From a virus (lineage: Duplodnaviria > Caudoviricetes), in IMG/VR virus record IMGVR_UViG_3300010043_000013, positions 1 through 26,831 of that record: DNA of 26,831 bases; one strand, written 5' to 3'. Numbering within the stretch: the first letter of the stretch is position 1; the number at the start of each line of letters is the position of its first letter. Shown in pieces: positions 23,451 through 26,831 of the stretch. Made by a program: the position numbers and the translations under genes. The notes below the pieces were generated by a model. The model had not been told where the DNA came from, made no database searches, and worked only from the letters and a program-made list of their open reading frames with translations.

Positions 23451-24388
23451 CACGCTATTTCCGTCAGCAGTGGCGCGTCCTCGTAGATGCGGCGTCGTGC
23501 CATCGCAGCATAGTTGGCATTCAGCTCGATGAGGATCGCATTCCGCTGCAATCTGTCCGCCACTAGCCCGGTCGTCCCCGCGCCTGCGAACGGATCGAGC
23601 ACTGTCCCGCCGCTCCTGCACCCCGCCTTGATGCACGGATCGACCAGCGCCGGCGGAAAGGTCGCAAAGTGCGCCTGCGGGAATGGCGCGGTGGCGATTT
23701 CCCATACGCTGCGCTTGTTGACCCGCTCGTAGACGTTCTGCCGCATCTCTAGGAAGCCCTGCTTGGTTCGATGAAGCGGGTACTTGTGTTGGGTGTTCCC
23801 GCTCACCCGTAACGCTCCATCCTCCTTTATCGCTTCCGCGTCGTAGTAGTAGCGCGCGCTCTTGCTCATCAGAAACACGTACTCGTGCGCCTTGGTGCAG
23901 CGGTCGGTGACCGACTCCGGCATGGGGTTGGGCTTCGCCCAGATGATGTCCTGCCTTAGCCACCAGCCGTCGGCCTGCAGCGCAAAGGCCACCCGCCACG
24001 GCATGCCGATGAGGTCCTTCGCCTTCAATCCGTCCCGCGCAGAACGGGAGGCCTCACGCATCGCCACGCTATCGCGCACCGCGGTAAACCTGCGATCCGC
24101 CCGCTGACCATTCTTGCCCTGCCAGCCCGGCCCGCCCTCACTGGCGTACGCATCCCCGAGGTTAAGCCACAGCGTCCCCTCCGGCCGCAGCACCCGCCGC
24201 ACCTCGCGGAATACGTCCACCATCGCCGCCACGTATTCCGCAAAACTGGCTTCCAGCCCCAGCTGGCCGGCCACCCCATAATCCCGCAAGCCCCAGTACG
24301 GAGGTGAGGTCACACACGCATCCACAGAAGAGGCTGCCAGCGAAGGCAGTACGCTTCGGCAATCCCCCACCATCACCCGCACGCTCAT
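23450..24388 (-). CDS. Orphan DNA methyltransferase, beta class N4-C/N6-A (N6_N4_Mtase); start corrected to ATG 24388
   Basis: GDC, motif IV VTSPPY before motif I VLDPFAGAGTT, IIWAK, HEYVF, HFATFP. GGGAGG SD. Confidence 0.95.
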   Translation of the reverse strand: MSVRVMVGDCRSVLPSLAASSVDACVTSPPYWGLRDYGVAGQLGLEASFAEYVAAMVDVFREVRRVLRPEGTLWLNLGDAYASEGGPGWQGKNGQRADRRFTAVRDSVAMREASRSARDGLKAKDLIGMPWRVAFALQADGWWLRQDIIWAKPNPMPESVTDRCTKAHEYVFLMSKSARYYYDAEAIKEDGALRVSGNTQHKYPLHRTKQGFLEMRQNVYERVNKRSVWEIATAPFPQAHFATFPPALVDPCIKAGCRSGGTVLDPFAGAGTTGLVADRLQRNAILIELNANYAAMARRRIYEDAPLLTEIA

Positions 24389-24425
24389 GGTACACACCCT
24401 CCCCACAGTCCTCTGGCAGCCGCTT

Positions 24426-24761
24426 TCAGCCTTTCCCCACCGTATCACGCACCCATTGCTCGTAGCGGTCCCACAAGCCGGCCTCCCGAATGAACTGCGT
24501 CAACCGCCTGTTCTCGTACGCCATCCGTATCCGCTTGATCCGCTCCTCGTCCTGCCGCTCCCGCCTCTCCCGGGCCAGCATGACATGCAGCCTCGCACAC
24601 TCCTCACACGCAGGCTTCTCATGCCCCTTGGCCGCCTCCTTCAACTCCGCCCGCATCATTCCCATCACCCGCGCATCAGATACCGCCATGGCACACCCCT
24701 CCATTCGCTGCCCTAACCCAATGTAGGCCTCATCTGGAGGCCAATCCTCCTCAACAGCCAC
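24426..24761 (-). CDS. Hypothetical protein with CEEC and a coiled coil (start uncertain)
   Basis: Natural helical composition. Alternative ATG (MAVSDAR) has a GGAGG SD. Confidence 0.6.
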   Translation of the reverse strand: MAVEEDWPPDEAYIGLGQRMEGCAMAVSDARVMGMMRAELKEAAKGHEKPACEECARLHVMLARERRERQDEERIKRIRMAYENRRLTQFIREAGLWDRYEQWVRDTVGKG

Positions 24762-25146
24762 CCCTACTGACAGGACAGGCCTTCAAAGAGCGCGCCCTTT
24801 CTTAAATCTCTGAAGATTTCCTAGGGACGCTCTTTCGTATCCCTCTCCTGTCAGTGTGAGTGCCGTTACCCTCAACCTCGCCTCCCTCAGTGGAGGAACC
24901 TCCTTGAGGCTTTCCCAAGAGGAGGGGAGCAAGAGGCTGCCAGTGAGATACTTGGTTACAGTATAACCAATACTCAGCGATAAAACCTCTCATACTAGTT
25001 GGAAACTATTTTCTGGGGGGTGAACCGAGGGGGTGACCTTGTCTCCGCCCCCTTGAGGTCCAGGGGCAAGTCGGTACAGAGTGTGCGCGTGCGTATCCTC
25101 CCCCCAGGATACACCTCGTCCTTGGCAAGGATGAGGAGAGGCTTAG

Positions 25147-25171
25147 GAAAGCGCTGTGCCACAGCGCTTTC
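25147..25171 (-). terminator. 11-bp perfect hairpin GAAAGCGCTGT-N3-ACAGCGCTTTC right after the HTH gene
   Basis: 2 nt from the stop codon. Only a short U tract. Confidence 0.5.
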
Positions 25172-25173
25172 TG

Positions 25174-25533
25174 TTATCCTCTCCCGTTGCGCTCCCGTGA
25201 GGCGCGTCTCTCGCTCCGGTCCGGAGGACCGAGAGGCAACCTCGGAGGGTCGCCTACCATGGAAAACCGACGTTCTTCCATCCGGCTATCCTTGACACTC
25301 CAATACCATCGGCCTCGTGTCACCTCGACCTTGCCTTCCACGATAGCGGCAAGGACTGGTTCAAGAACTGCGACCACTCTTGGAGTGAGGCTATTTCCTC
25401 GGCGGGCTTGATAGACGGTTTCGCGTGAGACGCCAGCGAGTTGAGCGATGGTTGCGACTGGGAAGCGCCGGGTACGTTTCCACTGCGGCGAAGTGAGTAG
25501 TCTGAGATAGCGGACGACGTCAGCGGCTGCCAT
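25174..25533 (-). CDS. Helix-turn-helix DNA-binding protein (119 aa)
   Basis: PVATIAQLAGVSRETVYQ HTH pattern, AAAAGG SD. Confidence 0.75.
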   Translation of the reverse strand: MAAADVVRYLRLLTSPQWKRTRRFPVATIAQLAGVSRETVYQARRGNSLTPRVVAVLEPVLAAIVEGKVEVTRGRWYWSVKDSRMEERRFSMVGDPPRLPLGPPDRSERRASRERNGRG

Positions 25534-25660
25534 TTGAGGCGCCTTTTGAGTTTACGGACGCGGTCGTAATAACCGACGCTGGTCGGTCCGGTTGTTGGTC
25601 GTGGCGGGAGTGTACCGCCGGCGAAGTTGCGCGATCCCATTCCTTGGTTTGGTCGGCGCT

Positions 25661-25942
25661 TCATGAGGTTATACGCCGTCGTCCGTAGCAGTCAAAGGTT
25701 GGTCGCGGTGCTGGCGGGATTTTGCGGATAGGTTTGAGTTCTGCCGCGATAGTGCAAAGTTGCCGGATGGGTTTGTCGAAGCGCTCCAGTTTGCCGTTGA
25801 AGACGTCGTTGTTGTCGTAGACCGTCATTGGTGTGAGGCGCTTTTGTTTGAGGCGGTGTAGCCGCGCCTTTTTCTTTCGCGTTCGTTTGCGTTGGAGGCC
25901 TGGAATATGTCCCTTCGCCGGGAGTCTGAAAGGATTGTCCAT
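25661..25942 (-). CDS. Highly basic hypothetical protein (93 aa)
   Basis: RKRTRKKKARLHRLKQKR. Lower GC and atypical codons, so coding status is uncertain. Confidence 0.4.
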   Translation of the reverse strand: MDNPFRLPAKGHIPGLQRKRTRKKKARLHRLKQKRLTPMTVYDNNDVFNGKLERFDKPIRQLCTIAAELKPIRKIPPAPRPTFDCYGRRRITS

Positions 25943-26159
25943 AGGCTTTCCCAGGGGAAGGGCAGAATCGGCGCTACACGCAACAGGATTTTTCCATTGT
26001 TAGGCAAGCGGCTTACTGATGGGGGTAAAAAGGGAACGGATTTTCAAGAGGTTACAGTTTGCGGTACTTGCTTACATCGTTCCGGTTTCGGTCTCAGTCC
26101 TTTAAGGTTAAAGCATCTGAGTCGCTGCCGAGCCTTCTTTCCCTCCCCTCATTTTGCCG

Positions 26160-26188
26160 TTGACATGGTGCAGTGACTGCACTAGGGT
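26160..26188 (+). promoter_or_regulatory. Sigma70-type promoter P1 with palindromic operator in the spacer
   Basis: TTGACA-17 nt-TAGGGT. Spacer contains GTGCAGT-G-ACTGCAC. Confidence 0.7.
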
Positions 26189-26215
26189 GAGGACGTTGAC
26201 ACATGGAGAGACGAG

Positions 26216-26452
26216 ATGACATTCGACACACTCAGGCACACGGACATCATGAAGCAGGGCTTTGCCAAGCGGTTGCCCAAGGCAAAGACTGGGGCGCGGG
26301 CACGGATTGCCGAAATCGTTGCGGTGTTGGAAGGCAAGTGCGGTTACCAGAGTGAGTGGGCGATTGCCGGACTAAAGGAAGAGCTCGCGGTGTTGCGCGC
26401 CACATTGCCCCGCGTGTCCTTCCGGTCCGCTGGCGCTGTGCGCCAGCGTTAA
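26216..26452 (+). CDS. Hypothetical early protein (78 aa)
   Basis: GGAG SD within the ACACATGGAG motif, downstream of P1. Confidence 0.75.
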   Translation: MTFDTLRHTDIMKQGFAKRLPKAKTGARARIAEIVAVLEGKCGYQSEWAIAGLKEELAVLRATLPRVSFRSAGAVRQR

Positions 26453-26486
26453 CCCTGCCGTTCCCGCGGCACACATGGAGAGAGAT

Positions 26487-26655
26487 ATGACCAACGGTCA
26501 AGATTGCCAAGGTGGCGCGCGACCGCGACCACGAACGAGAAATGGCCGGCAAGGTGCGTGAGTTGCTGCGCAAGGCCAACGTCCGGATTGGCAGCTATTC
26601 CGACGACATGGGCTACGAATACGACAAGATGCACATCGGCTTTGCCCGCGCTTGA
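26487..26655 (+). pseudogene. Frameshifted or internally deleted small gene
   Basis: Good SD and ATG ACC, but the coding-like frame (TVKIAKVARDRDHEREMAGKVRELLRKANVRIGSYSDDMGYEYDKMHIGFARA*) is +1 to the ATG. Confidence 0.5.
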
Positions 26656-26680
26656 CATGGTGCGGTGCGCGCACCAACAT
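26652..26680 (+). promoter_or_regulatory. Promoter P2 with a related palindromic operator
   Basis: TTGACATGGTGC identical to P1. TGGTGCG-N5-CGCACCA, weak -10 (CAACAT), then an 11-bp hairpin at 26684-26711. Confidence 0.6.
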
Positions 26681-26746
26681 GGTGAGGGGGAAGGTTCCCG
26701 CCTTCCCCCTCGTGCCGCATGGCGACACACATGGAGGTAAGCCGCC

Positions 26747-26831
26747 GTGCAGCGCATCCCCTCAACCATGACGGCCGGCGAACTGCAAGCCTGGCGCGAG
26801 AGTTATTCACTCTCGCTCACCACAGGCGCCA
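26747..26831 (+). CDS. Probable XRE-type HTH regulator (5' part only)
   Basis: GGAGGT SD. MQRIPSTMTAGELQAWRESYSLSLTTGA fits the MT..EL.AWR...LS start of XRE HTH proteins. Confidence 0.6.
   Translation, partial: MQRIPSTMTAGELQAWRESYSLSLTTGA

Larger units (their letters stand above)
1..26831. mobile_element. Tailed phage/prophage segment, podovirus-like morphogenesis module plus part of the early/regulatory region
   Basis: Co-oriented terminase-portal-scaffold-capsid-adaptor-nozzle-GNAT-ejection gene order with 1-4 nt stop/start overlaps. No tape measure or sheath gene and no host housekeeping genes. Free phage vs prophage cannot be decided here. Confidence 0.95.

Noticed and set aside
23450-24388. 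Restriction-modification system
   Set aside because: No cognate endonuclease nearby; orphan methyltransferases are common in phages.
24802-24993. 63-aa ORF MRGFIAEYW...
   Set aside because: No SD, atypical composition, lies in the hairpin-rich stretch.
13-25411. Many long plus-strand ORFs (e.g. 3402-5078, 8175-9773, 6379-7551, 18619-19584)
   Set aside because: Antisense shadows of high-GC minus-strand genes; no recognisable motifs.
25320-25664. 114-aa ORF with ATGA-coupled start
   Set aside because: Overlaps the HTH gene by more than 200 nt. The first ~45 codons might be real but cannot be supported.

Overview
The whole window (high GC) is part of a tailed dsDNA phage or prophage with podovirus-like gene order. 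Positions 1-25942 are an almost continuous minus-strand operon: HTH protein, beta-class DNA methyltransferase, small accessory genes including a HiPIP-like Cys4 protein, terminase large subunit, Zn-ribbon protein, portal, small head genes, probable scaffold, major capsid, head/tail adaptor, fibre-like protein, tail nozzle with an inserted DUF4082-like domain, GNAT, five probable ejection proteins and a 2-TM membrane protein. A divergent plus-strand unit with two similar TTGACA promoters/operators starts at about 26160. No integrase, tRNA, rRNA or CRISPR array was seen. The most striking signal, absent as such from the ORF track, is three translation-signal-supported 23-25 aa arginine-rich, protamine/ARM-like peptides in the head module, plus a poly-Arg stretch in the portal. 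Other signals: a fibre-like gene flanked by exact 19-bp direct repeats, a 4-copy hairpin+tail element with a compensatory stem change, an HNH remnant in frame behind the scaffold's TAG, and a relay of three overlap-coupled mini-ORFs. All calls come from motif reading and synteny by eye; no searches were run.
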